Shown: positions 12,742-22,589 of the stretch, in pieces
Layout: each line of letters begins with the position of its first letter
Numbering within the stretch: the first letter of the stretch is position 1
NCBI RefSeq assembly: GCF_021869535.1
Contig: NW_026262745.1
Coordinates: forward strand, 41,540,001-41,604,000
Reading direction: 5' to 3'
Source of the DNA: Mytilus californianus
Lineage: Eukaryota
Length of the DNA stretch: 64,000 nt
Made by a program: the position numbers and the translations under genes
Notes under the pieces: model-generated
Database searches by the model: none
The model's input: the letters and a program-made list of their open reading frames with translations, nothing else
What the model was told of the DNA's origin: nothing

Positions 12742-13537
12742 ATGGCTATGGAAAATGGTTCACGATTTGTGTTTTTGGAGAAATCCAAAAATAGGAAAAA
12801 AGAATATTCCCATAGATTTGGTAATCAAAAGAATGTTGTATTACAACAATCTAGTAGGGGTAATTTTTTTGTCAATATTTATGACAACAGACCGAATTTT
12901 AATGGACGAATTTCATTTGCTTTTGAGGAAGCAGTTCAATTTAGTGAACTCGTTAGTCAATTGGAGATGTTGAAGGAAAATTTCAAAGTAAGTCTATTTT
13001 CATTATCCAAAATATGTGGTATGATTGACTAGTGAGAAAATAATTTTTAAATATAAAGTTAAGAAATTTGGGATTTTTTTTATAATTAATAAAGATATTT
13101 TTATAATATGTAAATGCTGTCTTACAGCTAAAGGGGGAGGGGGTTTAATGTTGATCTTATTAAAATAAATAAATTTGAAAAGATTTTAAATTTGACTTAT
13201 TTGCAGAGCTTTCGGAGAACTTTCGACTATAATGGAAAAAAAATATATAAAACTTATAAAAAAAATATAAAAAAAATGCAAAAAAAAAATGCTAAAAAAA
13301 ATTTAAAAAAATGTATTTAAGGAGGAGGAGGACAAACCAAGTCCCCAATTCTACAAAGAAATTTCTCAAGAACCAAACAACGTTAACACTACAAGACACC
13401 AAAGAAATGGTACAACTTGTACCATTTCTAGTGAATCGCAACGGGAACCCATGCCACCACCACCGCCGTATACACCACCACCGTATACGGCACCACCAAA
13501 AAAAAAAAAAGAAAACAGAAGACGCTTACCACGTTGA
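12742..13537 (+). CDS. PC4-like ssDNA-binding domain exon spliced to a Lys/Pro-rich PPxY-containing tail (probably frameshifted)
   Basis: NVVLQQSSRGNFFVNIYD...GRISFAFEEAVQFSELVSQL resembles the PC4 fold; phase-0 GTAAGT donor at 12988; acceptor TTGCAG at 13201-13206; open frame 13322-13537 EEEDKP...PPPPPYTPPPY...KKKKENRRRLPR*. Confidence 0.5.
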
Positions 13538-14017
13538 CTTAATAGGCTTATTGAACGATATAAGTAAATAATTGTACTCTTTTTGTAAGATGAGTTTGTT
13601 TCAGGCGTTCCATAAAAGTTTTTAAGAAAAATTCATAAAATTTTATTTGCAATAAAATAACATACTAAATTATAAAATAAAACAATAATATAAAGTTTAA
13701 TCATATTTTGAAATGTCCATAGGCATAACTCTTAATATGATTAATCCAAAATCTCTTCTCATCAATGTTAAATAAACCTTTTTTAACAATATGGTTGACA
13801 ATGAGTGCATGATTTTGACTTTTTATTAATTTCATTGAATTCATTGTCGATGCATTTTGAAATAAACATTCTTTATAATTGGCATGTTTTAACTGATTTT
13901 TGACAGCACATTTTTTTATTCCTTTGGCAGTTTTCTTTTCCTGTTCCGTGTTGTCGTCATCATATATCAAACTGTACATTTTTGGTCGCAATCCAATAAA
14001 CTCTTTAATTGGAACGC

Positions 14018-14215
14018 CTGAAACAAAACGAAATTCATCAAGTATTTAGTAAAAAATTAGGTTTGAAATTAGGTTAACAATAAAATAGATTTTTGTAAAA
14101 TAAAAATAATCTCAATGGTATTATTTTTTTTTCTTTGGACTTTGTTATTTTTTATTTAATATTTGTTATTTTTAAGTTTTTGTTAATCGATTAATTATAA
14201 AATTAGTTCATAGTC
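14018..14215 (-). other. pPolB intron 3 (198 bp, phase 1, degenerate GA donor, strong TTTCAG acceptor)
   Basis: Removal restores KFKDELDG-VPIKEFIGLRPKMYS. Confidence 0.7.
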
Positions 14216-14370
14216 CATCTAGTTCATCTTTGAATTTTCCAGGCATTTTTTTTTTTATTTGTTTGGGAATAGGTAGTAAGTTTGAGGATATCCAGAAAAG
14301 TCGAAATGGTCTTTGATGATTTCTATATCCTTGTATACATCATCTGTCATGATTTCGTAACACAAGCTGT

Positions 14371-14546
14371 CTGTAAGAAAATAAGAATTACATCATTGTT
14401 TAGCTTTGACTAGCCGAATAATTCGGTTGCCGACTGAATTTATTTAACTGAAACATGCATGGTCGAAGCGGTAAAATTGATAACTTGTGTAAAATACTAC
14501 TTGTCTTTTATCCCCATAAAATATAAAAAAAAAATAAAATATTTAC
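14371..14546 (-). other. pPolB intron 2 (176 bp, phase 1, GTAAAT...CTTACAG)
   Basis: Splicing restores LLFTDTDSLCY (polymerase motif C). Confidence 0.9.
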
Positions 14547-14828
14547 CAGTATCCGTAAAAAGCAATCGAATATCTTCTTCATACATGGGCTTCATTATTT
14601 TGTAGTGGAATTCATACATCAGTGCTTTCGAAATGTCCAATATTGCCTGACCAGCATAGATTGGTTTGTTTAAAAGAATGTTCACTTTTTTGTTTTCTAT
14701 ACCCACAAGGTGTTGGTTAAATATCTGAAAATGGTCAAAGGACGGTTTCGACGTATATTTTACCAACTTCTTCTGGTCCGACATAAGTTTTACGTTTCTA
14801 TGTCTGCGAATATCTTCCATGGTCTTTC

Positions 14829-14958
14829 CTACAAGTAAAAGATCCATTAATATTTTCATTTTTTAAATTGCTTTTATGAATTCAATGTTCGATTTTTTTT
14901 CGTATCTTATTAGAAAATAAAAAAATTAAAAGACATTACAACGCAAAAAAAAACTTAC
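14829..14958 (-). other. pPolB intron 1 (130 bp, phase 1, GTAAG...TTGTAG)
   Basis: Splicing restores EFYKLRNNSVFG-KTMEDIR. Confidence 0.9.
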
Positions 14959-16564
14959 CAAAAACACTGTTATTCCTTAACTTGTAGAATTCTTTCTCAA
15001 ACACATTATTAGCCTCCCTTCTTTTTTGTCCTCAGACGGAAACGCTTTTTTGAACTGTCGAAAATGCGTAGGTCCTTCTTGTGATAAATTTTTCACTAGA
15101 GTGTCTAGAGAACAATTTAAATATTGGCATGTGTCCAAAAAGCGAGGATTTCCTATAGTGAGTGATACGTATTTTTCCATGTTATTGGGAATACAGGATA
15201 TTGGCTTATCTTTAAAACAATCAGCCCTTTGTAGTAGTAAATGTGTATCAAAATTTTTACCATTGTGGAATAATACAGGAATATATGATGGTTCTTTTAG
15301 ACTTAAATTACACCGCTGACATAATGCAAGACGATAATTAGTATAATCTTTTTTTCTGGGTTCTCTGGTTATTCCATGATGTGCATGGTCTCGTACTATA
15401 ATTACATTTTCATCAAAAAGTGTCTGACAAACCTCACAGTTGGTGATAAGTTGAAACGCTTGTTTTGCTTCATCATTCATTATCAAAGGCTCAGGTTCTC
15501 CAAGTATGTCATTGATATATTCCTCTTCGATAGCCATGTCTTCAAAAAAGTGTTCTATGACTCTATCTCCTCTATAAACCACAGGTGGTTTAGAATAATC
15601 ATCGTTCGTACATAGGACTATGTAGGAGTACCCCGATGGTTCAATTTTCGTTTCGTGTGTAATCGATGATTTCTTCGGGTTTGGTAGACTTGTATCCATC
15701 TTTCTTGAAAAACATTCAAAATCAGCTATGATGGTGAAACTTATTTTTATGGCTTTGTAAAAGTCATTAAATTCTAAAATATTGTCGCCTTCTTTCGGAT
15801 ATTGTACTCTCTGAAAATCTATTTAATCACAATAGGGTTGATGACTTGCAAGCAGGTCTTCTCTCATAAAGCCATGCAAACACCGTCGACAAAAGAAATG
15901 TGCATGATTTTGGTTTGTTTGTCTTAAAATCTATTAAGATTCTTAATCAAACAGTAGTGTGATTGTTTGTCGTTTGATAAATACAACAAGTCAATATTTT
16001 AATGGCTGTTTCTTGATTTAGATAAAGCTAAAGGGAAAATCTGTTCACCTTCATATCCGAAAACGTTAATTGAAAGGTTGTTTAGTTTTTCGAATTTTTC
16101 CACCTGCTTAATTGGAACAGGAAAATCAATTCCTGTCGTGTTCAATTCATTTTCAAACGGTTTATACCTAGTTACACGATGAGCGTTGTTATAAGTCGGA
16201 TGAATTGCAGCCAAAAAAGACCAGAGGAAGAATTTATTATCATCATTTTGAATGTTGATTACACCTTTACACAGTTGTATGGTTGAAGGAAGCTGCATGT
16301 ATGACGAATCATTAATAGGTGCGTATTTTACTGTTCTTACTTCTAAGTGTACAACTTTCCGTATTATCCAATTTGAGCCTCTATTGATGTATTCCTCAAG
16401 ACTTCGATGCATCTTTTGATAAGCCTCGTTTAAATTATGTTCTAAGTGATCATTATTAAACAAGGACGCATAATTTCTACTCCTAAAACTGGGTAAGACT
16501 GTTTCTGTTTGACCATCTTGAATATCACGTTCCATTTCAACTTTGACATTCAAATACCATTTAA

Positions 16565-19500
16565 GGGGGTACCCAACACTATACCCCAAAAAAAACCTGT
16601 CGTTTAATTTTTCTTGTTTTTATATCATTGATTAGTTAGGCCTAGCTGAACATCATGTAAAAATTTTTAAAGATTTGAACCGTTGGTTAAAAAGATATGG
16701 CCACCCAAAGATGGCATGGGTCACATGCTAATTTCGGTCGATTTTTGAAGTTCCAGAAATATGGGTATAGGAGTATAGATGTTATTTTTTTTTTTGAAAA
16801 TTAAGCCTAAATTGACAAAAGCAAGTTAATAGTGATTATTCAAGCAATTTTGAGTTGATTGATACCCTTTACTTGTAAGTTTGTGTTTCTAAATTTAAAT
16901 TTTAGTCTGAACTAAAAAGGGGGGTCTAAGATGAAGGAACCAAAAATGACTATGATTGGTCAAATATTTTAAGATAAAAATGTAAATTAAAAAAAATTGT
17001 GTCGTTTATTTTTTTTGAAAAAGTAACAATTGTAGTACTATATCAGTCTGTTATTCTAGCAAAAATTTATAACAATTTAACCGTCAGATCTAGGCCTTAG
17101 ATATTTGGCATGTGGATGTATAGTCATGAGGTTAAGTGTCTTGTGTCATGATGACCTTCATGTGACCTTCAAATTTGACCTCAATGTCAACTTAATGTAT
17201 ATATATTTAGTGAACAAATACATATAACACAAGCTCTAATCAACCATACAACAATATACACACACATTATGACATATCAACAAATTCCTTGCAAAAATTC
17301 AAAAAGGTATAGTTTCTAGAGAGGCGAAGTGTTCGTACTTAAATACCCTACAGAATGTTTTTTTAATTTTCACATACGGAATCTGCGTGTCAAAGTACAC
17401 GAGGGGTAATAAAATAAAAAAGGGAGTAACCGTTTTTCGTTTTTGAGATACGAGCTGTTGAAATTAACAGCATGAGACGCCAAAAATACATAGGATAAAT
17501 AGGGAAATTCTTAAAAATCGGAAGATATTTCACATGAACAAGATTTTCAACTTTGTTGGTCTACAGATTATAAAGAAAAGATAAACGATTCAAAAATGAA
17601 CGACGAATCCATTGGTGCAAAGAACCACTGCTTCTGAAAATCCGAACTAGGTGATAAAATAGAACTGAACGTGCAAGATCCTTATGTATAATCAAGTTCG
17701 TTAAACATATAATTTGATAGTTTTTCTGGGGAGGTAATGAAAATTAGATACAACTGGTTTTTAGTTTAAAGCAAATCAGTCTTAAAAATGCTATCACAAT
17801 GTGAGAGTCTTAACTCATTTCACCTCTCATTCCACGAAATATCAAACTACAGTAACAAGTGTCACATTATTTTTTTGGCTCCCTTATACTCTATCCAGTC
17901 ATAATCTTGAATTGAGACTTGAGAAGAAAACTTTGTTTATGACGTCTTTACACTGAATCCATTGGATGTTGGATGTGTACTGATTTATTATGTAGTTTTA
18001 GATGCATGATTGTTTTTATTAATTGTTATTGACTTTGAAATAGCTGTCAGTAAGTGTGAGTAATCTCAGACCTGTACTTAGTGTCTTTTTGTTGTTGGGA
18101 TGTACAAGTACCCGGCCACGTCCACTCTATGCTTTTGTAAATGTATTTCCATTTGTATCCATCTGATGAATAAAGCCTTTTTCAACTGATTTATATAGTT
18201 CGTTCATATGTTGTACTGTTACACCACTGTCCCATGTTAAGGAGATGGTTGGGATCCCACTAACATGTTTAACCCCGTGACGTTCTGTATGTATGTATGT
18301 GCCTGTCCCAAGTCAGGAGCCTGTAATTTATTGTCGTTTTTTGCTGTGTTACATATTTGTTTTTCATTTGTACATTAACTATGCAGTTAGTTTTCTCGTT
18401 TGAAGTGTTTTACATTTAAGATTTCGGGGCTTAATTTTTATAGCTGACTATGCGGTATGGGCTTTGCTCCTTATTTAAGGCCGTATGGTGACCTATAGCT
18501 ATTAACTTCTGTGTCATTTGGTCTCTTGTGGAGAGTTGTCTCATTGGCAATCATACCACATCTTCTCTTTTATATTTACTTCAAAATTGCATTCACTAAT
18601 TCGGAAAGATACACAAAAGCACAACAAAAGAAAACAAATTTCGCTATCCCTTCGAAATAATAATTTGATAAAGCAAAACTCACATGTTCTATTTTTATCA
18701 TACATGTGTAGTTTCAGTTTCAACCATGGTTCTAAATTTAGAATTTACATTACCCCAAAATTGCTGATGGAATAGAAGACACCCGTTTATTGTCTACACC
18801 TGCCAGGATAAATGTCGAAAACAGAGAGTTGAATGATATAGTGTAATGTTTCGTGAATTGAATCTGATGGTGTTTTTTTTTTTTCTTGTTGTTGTCTTTG
18901 TTCCTCAACTTATAAATGATGCACTAGTGGTTGATTATCGCCTTGTTACATGTATCTTCCGACTTTTTATATGAATATTAATCATGTCCTAAAATTTTCA
19001 ATTGCATTAAAAAAAAACATGACAGCGTTTTTTCAACACACAAATACATGTCATGTATAAATTATTCGTAACCTACAATTTTACACTATGAAGTGTATTT
19101 CATTCAAAACTGCAGTTTTCAAAAAAAAAAGTATCGTGGAGTCAACTCTGGTTTGATTTTAATCAATTTGGTACGAATAGAAGCATGATTCGCCTTGGTT
19201 TATTTATTTATTTGGTTATAACGTTATTGTTAGGCTTTTTACTTTTTATACTTTATACTTTATTATATTATATGTAAGGCATGGGTCAAAAAACGAAAAC
19301 AGTTCTGGTCTTTTCTTTTCCCCTTCATTTGCCACTTTGTGAAAAAATCTGACCTCCTGGTTTTCTTTTGTAAATTTGTTTCACCTTGAAATTTTCCTTT
19401 TTTGTCTCTTTGAAGATTCATTTATAGAAAATGTGTAACTTTAAATGGATTAAAAGATTAAATGAATAACAATAGGTGTACATCTGCTCTTAGCAACAAA

Positions 19501-19614
19501 GTAAACATTCTGATCAGGATCTTTTAAGTTCTTGTATATTGCATGTGATTTTAAAACGCTGCAATGAAACAGACCATGAGTTAGAGTTATCTTTCTTAGG
19601 TGTTGTGTACCCCC
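16565..19614. mobile_element. Non-autonomous TTAA-specific DNA transposon (Kolobok-like), 3050 bp
   Basis: TTAA at 16561-16564 and 19615-19618; 15-bp TIRs GGGGGTAC(C/A)CAACAC; removal restores RDIK-WYLNV in frame. Confidence 0.88.
17930..18570 (+). mobile_element. 3' tail fragment of a Naiad-type PLE nested in the Kolobok-like element
   Basis: Colinear similarity to 58570-59220, which directly follows a PLE RT remnant. Confidence 0.7.
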
Positions 19615-20502
19615 TTAATGTCTCTCATATATTTTTTCCTAGACTCGACTATTTGTTGTATATCTCCTTTAACGTTCGAAAAAAATTGTAGAAGATCGTA
19701 TTTTTCATTTCCTTCTGGAATTATTTCAAGTTGATTAACGGAATCGTTCAAAGCAGATTTTTTAACACTACGATTTCTTCTTTTCTTTTCAGTAGGTAAA
19801 GGATTTATGTTTTCGATTTGCGGATTCAAGGTGCTGATAGACGGATCAGACGATAATGGAAGAGAACTGTCTGTGATTGAATGCATTTGATCCACGACTT
19901 GCCCTGCCTGACCTCCAGTTTGATTCAATGGATGCTCTACATTGATGTGATCAAAAAGATCCTCATATGTATCAAAAGCTAAGCCACAATGTCTACATGG
20001 AAATTGTCTTTGTTTTTTATGGGATTCTGAAGCGCGAATACATTTTTCGTGTCTTTTCAGGTTCTCTAAACGTGATAGGGTTTTGCTACATTTACTACAT
20101 TCATATCTTTTCCTTGTGTGTGTGTTCATATGACGCGATAGATTAAATTTTTTAGTAAATTCTGCATCACATAAGTCACATTGATATAGCGCTTTCTTTT
20201 CCCATTGTTGAATCGTTTCATTTGATTTCCTTTTCCGATTGTAAAGTGATTCTGATGCGTCAGCTGCCCGAACCAATGCTTCTTCATCACAATCGCTGAA
20301 TTCAGAATTATTTAATGTCTCGTTAAAGTCTTGAAATAATCTTTCGAGCTGTTCGTTTCCTCTAGGATAACGTTGTTTAAAAAATTGGGAAACTATCAGC
20401 CATGGTCGATGTGAATAATAATGTAAACAGATTGCGGCTCTTATATATTTATAAATATCAGGGATTCCACACATTCTATTGTTAACATTTCTCACATACC
20501 AC

Positions 20503-20889
20503 TCATATTTTAAATGTCAACCATTTTGTTCTAGTTTGTGACCTTTTCATAGTTTTTACCCCTGCATTCCTCATTGTGCTTTTAAGTTGTTTGACTTTAA
20601 GAAATGTTGAAGGTTTCATTTTTAGATACGACTGAGATTTTTCGGTTTCAACCCCATTTAAATTTTCGTTGTGTATTTTTGTCTCTTGATGTTCATCCAT
20701 ATTTATTTTTTGTCCTTCTACATCGTCCTTGTTTTGTGGTTTAATGTCGTTTTCTGTAGTAAAAATTTCTTCAGTATGGTCTTCTTGAGGTTTTTTTTCA
20801 TGATGTTCATCATTAAGTTGTTTGTTTTCAAAGTCTTTAATTAGTCTATCATACTTATATTTAGGAATAAGCACCATTTCACGCGACAT
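20503..20889 (-). CDS. Polinton small ORF (M...MVL(I/V)P...KW.. type), function unknown
   Basis: MSREMVLIPKYKYDRL start and KWLTF end, a pattern I recognise from Polinton gene blocks; overlaps the upstream ORF. Confidence 0.6.
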   Translation of the reverse strand: MSREMVLIPKYKYDRLIKDFENKQLNDEHHEKKPQEDHTEEIFTTENDIKPQNKDDVEGQKINMDEHQETKIHNENLNGVETEKSQSYLKMKPSTFLKVKQLKSTMRNAGVKTMKRSQTRTKWLTFKI

Positions 20890-21190
20890 ATTTCATATAT
20901 GATGTAAGTAAAGTTGGTAAAAGTCTACTGATGTTCTGCAAACGAATCCGTCTTTCTTTCGGTGTTAAGTTCGAAACGGTTAATCTACGAATGGCTGCTC
21001 TGTGTCTTATTAGCGTATTTATATCGTTATCTGAGAGAGGACATACTCCTTGTATAACGTTGAAAACAATTTCTGTAACGACCTGTAGTTGGGTCTTTGA
21101 TAAGGTTGATATAACTTTTTTCCTTTGTTTTGATTCCATTAAATACTTGACTAAAGCTTCATACTTCTTTATTTTTCAGGAAGATAGACA
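20879..21190 (-). CDS. Polinton/adintovirus small basic core-like protein
   Basis: EIVFNVIQGVCPLS...LIRHRAAIRRL...RLLPTLL resembles the conserved ECxLNxLKGNVPL ORF family; 5' end probably frameshifted. Confidence 0.65.
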
Positions 21191-21199
21191 ATGGGGTTC

Positions 21200-21975
21200 T
21201 GAAAAAAACATAGAACGAGTCACTCATTTTCCCTACCATCACTCATTTTCCTGACATCATTTGTTTCCAGTTACTCCGGCTTCCTTACTTGACTCTTACA
21301 ATTTTAAGGATTCTTTTGGAATATTTTGAATTTTACTAATTTAAATACCAGGGTTCTTTTCATTTGGTAGGGATGTACAAGTACGCATCCGTGTCCGTCC
21401 AATTATTTAACCTTAGCCCAAATTTACTATTATTTTTTCTTTTCAATATAAAACTGCTATTTATTGGGGATGATAAATACGCAGCCTCTGTTTGACATAT
21501 TTTACCAGCTTATATCGATCAGTGCTGTTTTTTTGAGAAGTTGTTGTAACATCTTAACTGACGTCATTTTGGAATTTTAGAGTTGTGCCAGTTCATATCT
21601 CTAATTACTATATTTTCATTTTAAGCATGTCTTTGAGTCGTTTTTTGGAAATTTAAAAAATTTATTAGTGTCTCTTCATATGATGTTCGGGTGAAACTGT
21701 TTCACTTTTTTTATTGTATAGAATTCAAGATTGCTATAGTTTAATAATCAGAATAGATTGATCTGATTCATTTTACATCGTGTTCATACTGATGAAGGAT
21801 ATCTGTTATCCGAAATATTTATAGTTACATTAATTTTGTTCGTTTATTGTCATTTTTTGGTGATGTTGTACCCTTTTAGACTGGTTATACATTATATTTT
21901 GTAGTGTACTGTATCATATTTATATGATCCGTCGCCCCGTAAGATTTATCGTTGGTTATTATTCAGTCATTTAAT
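21200..21975 (+). repeat. PLE pseudo-LTR copy 2 (3' end of the PLE insertion)
   Basis: Direct repeat of 7215-7982, followed by the target-site duplication. Confidence 0.88.
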
Positions 21976-22395
21976 GTTTCCATAATTATACATACCGTTT
22001 AATTGTTTATTGTTTAAATTGATGGTATTAAATATTTTCAAGTATGGTTATTTTGTATTTGTCATATGATACTGTTTATTGTGCCACTATTTCGTTTCCT
22101 TTATAGATGCTATATCTAAGAGCTGGGGTAAGAGGAATGACTGCTATTACAGATGTATCAGAGAGCCTCTCTTTTGAAATATTTTAAGAGTTGCAGCTGG
22201 TACGATTGAATGAAAAGGACGAAAACAGACCCTGAATAATAATGGTCTACGAAGAAACAACAACTCATACGATACTTTTGTACGATGTGTCAATACACTA
22301 TCCTCATTTATAACACAGCCAACAGCCAAAGAAATGGCAGCGGCGATGATTGCTCAGTTGAATTGAAAAGTGCTGGTTTTTATTTTCATATAACC

Positions 22396-22589
22396 GACAG
22401 CGTGTTAGAATCATAGGCAGATGACAGCGTATCCAAATCTTAGGCAGATGACAGCGTGATAGAATCATAGGCAGATGGCAGCGTGTTGGAATCATAGGCA
22501 GATGACAGCGTGTTGGAATCATAGGCAGATGACAGCGTGTTGGAATCATAGGCAGAAGACAGCGTGTTAGAATCATAGGCAGATGACAG
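22396..22589. repeat. 27-bp minisatellite, 7 copies
   Basis: Unit gacagcgtgttggaatcataggcagat. Confidence 0.92.

Larger units (their letters stand above)
13701..20495 (-). pseudogene. polB: Protein-primed family B DNA polymerase (Polinton group-2/adintovirus type) with N-terminal C2H2 zinc fingers, three introns, a transposon insertion and an internal deletion
   Basis: GSNW, NIQNDDNK, ADFEC (ExoI), VRDH..CNL (EndoVII-like insert), FHNGKNFDTH (ExoII), KLRNNSVFG|KT, FTDT|DS, GKFKDE, FIGLRPKMYS, AKGIKK and AYGHF motifs; several stops and frameshifts. Confidence 0.93.
9263..21199 (-). mobile_element. Polinton/Maverick (adintovirus-like) element, one terminus plus about 12 kb; other half not present
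   Basis: AGTAGT terminus exactly at the PLE breakpoint, subterminal repeats, group-2-type pPolB and two small ORFs typical of Polintons. Confidence 0.82.
6717..21973 (+). mobile_element. Penelope-like element (Neptune-type) partial-tandem insertion, interrupted by a Polinton
   Basis: 14-bp direct repeat atgtttccataatt at 6703-6716 and 21974-21987 flanks the layout EN - pLTR - ORF 5' part - [Polinton] - pLTR. Confidence 0.8.

Noticed and set aside
14497-14859. ORF-track protein MKILMDLLLV...KYFIFFLYFMGIKDK as a real protein
   Set aside because: Both ends are intron sequence; only 14828-14547 is exon
15300-15450. Endonuclease VII-like (VRDH...CNL) insert in pPolB as a novelty
   Set aside because: This insert is a known feature of group-2 Polinton/adintovirus polymerases
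19596-20495. Independent host C2H2 zinc-finger gene
   Set aside because: It joins pPolB in frame once the TTAA-flanked insertion is removed; the GVHNT* end is TIR sequence
22396-22589. CRISPR-like or regularly spaced array (also 3396-3600, 57265-57520, 60337-60920)
   Set aside because: Head-to-tail minisatellites with no unique spacers, no cas genes, eukaryotic context
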